In this document: positions 62,985-64,000 of the stretch, piece by piece
Numbering within the stretch: the stretch's first letter is position 1
How the letters are laid out: every line of letters starts with the position of its first letter
Origin: an uncultured Planctomycetota bacterium
GTDB taxonomy: Bacteria; Planctomycetota; Planctomycetia; Isosphaerales; Isosphaeraceae
Assembly (NCBI GenBank): GCA_963823665.1
Contig: CAWGMQ010000008.1
Span: forward strand, 640,001 to 704,000
Direction of reading: 5' to 3'
DNA length: 64,000 nt
The notes under the pieces: model-generated
What the model saw: the letters and a program-made list of their open reading frames with translations, nothing else
Databases searched by the model: none
Told to the model about the DNA's origin: nothing
Translations under genes and position numbers: made by a program

Positions 62985-63998
62985 TCAATCCGCTGACTTG
63001 AGTATCTTGGTCAGCGCATCCTTATCATCCGGCAGGAGCTCGACGCCGACCAAGCGGGGCGTAAGCGTCTTCCAGTTCGGATCGAGCGCAAAGACCTTGC
63101 GAAACAGCGGAAGCGACTCATCGACACGCTTCATGTTCACAAGAGCAACGGCATGCCAGAAGATCATCTCGGCGTTATCAGGAGCCAGCGCCCGGGCAGC
63201 GCCATACGCCTTGAGCGCTCCCTCGTGGTCCTTCTTCTCGACCGCAAGGTCCCCGTCATTCATCAAGTTATAGGCGCGCTGAAGTGTCACCAGCCGGCGC
63301 AATTCAGCGACCGGTTCCAGATGGTCATCCACCCGCAGATCGAAAACCCGATCCTGCCATGGCCTGCCCGTCGGCTTTCCTGAAACGACAATGAGCGCGG
63401 CCGCCTGCTTGCCGCGAATATCCCCGCCCGCGGCCTGCGCAGCCTCAAGTGCCGCGAGCATCCGCGCCGCCAGGTCCCCCTGAGTTGACTCGAACGCCTT
63501 CGCCATCGCCGGCCACACCTTGTCGGAAAGCATCAAGTTGGCCTGAACCGAATAGTTCTCTCCAACATGCTGGCCGGCTGCCGGAATGCACTTCGCGCCC
63601 GTATAGGCTGACACCTTCCCGCTCGAATCGATCATAGCCACCTGGCGAACTTCTCGACTCTCGTCCACAGCCAGCAGTCCTTTGAGCGCATCCGGCGCGG
63701 CGCGGCCGGCCCGCATCAGGTCCAGCCCCAGCTTGCCGTAACTAGCATCGACGAATGATTGTGTGGCAATGGCACCGACGCCCGCTTCCGCCCACGGAAC
63801 CATCGACCCGACCGCGAACCAATGCGACTGCACGGCCACTCCCAGCTCGCCGGTCTTGGCATCGCGCGCAACGATGGAATACGTGTGCACCGGCCGCCGC
63901 CGGGAAGCTCCGCGAATCTGTTGCGCGGGCTCCTGCGCATTCAGAACTGACTCGACCAGGCAACACACGCAAAGACAAAAGACGACTCTGGATTGACT
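62985..63998 (-). CDS. DUF1028 (Ntn-hydrolase-like) protein with C-terminal TPR; 5' end off the window
   Basis: HTYSIVARD, GVAVQSH, GAIATQS, GGDIRGKQ, DLRVDDH; frame open to the window edge. Confidence 0.9.
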   Translation of the reverse strand, partial: SQSRVVFCLCVCCLVESVLNAQEPAQQIRGASRRRPVHTYSIVARDAKTGELGVAVQSHWFAVGSMVPWAEAGVGAIATQSFVDASYGKLGLDLMRAGRAAPDALKGLLAVDESREVRQVAMIDSSGKVSAYTGAKCIPAAGQHVGENYSVQANLMLSDKVWPAMAKAFESTQGDLAARMLAALEAAQAAGGDIRGKQAAALIVVSGKPTGRPWQDRVFDLRVDDHLEPVAELRRLVTLQRAYNLMNDGDLAVEKKDHEGALKAYGAARALAPDNAEMIFWHAVALVNMKRVDESLPLFRKVFALDPNWKTLTPRLVGVELLPDDKDALTKILKSAD

Positions 63999-64000
63999 GA

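Overview
GC-rich bacterial chromosomal segment, almost certainly from Planctomycetota (probably Isosphaeraceae-like). Evidence for the lineage: an LExR-xLL secretion motif, three DUF1559 genes, Uma2 and DUF4058 genes, four ECF sigma factors and five Hanks-type Ser/Thr kinases. The left half is metabolic and housekeeping: a hydroxyproline-catabolism-like cluster, gluQ, a 7Fe ferredoxin, an ECF sigma-kinase fusion, a cytochrome P460-like gene, cls, otsA, typA and a sugar oxidoreductase/TIM-barrel cluster. The right half holds an ECF/kinase-TPR paralog array, larC and a GT2 gene. The most striking feature is a minus-strand group II twintron at 35616-38768. An RT/HNH-encoding intron sits exactly between domains V and VI of an ORF-less group II intron, and its EBS1/EBS2 sequences are perfectly complementary to the host intron's DV 3' strand and DV-DVI linker. 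Removing both introns restores an open ~150-codon frame. About nine genes carry single-base frameshifts, several in homopolymers, which most likely reflects long-read consensus error. No tRNA, rRNA or CRISPR array was recognised. All family assignments come from motif recognition by eye, not from database searches.
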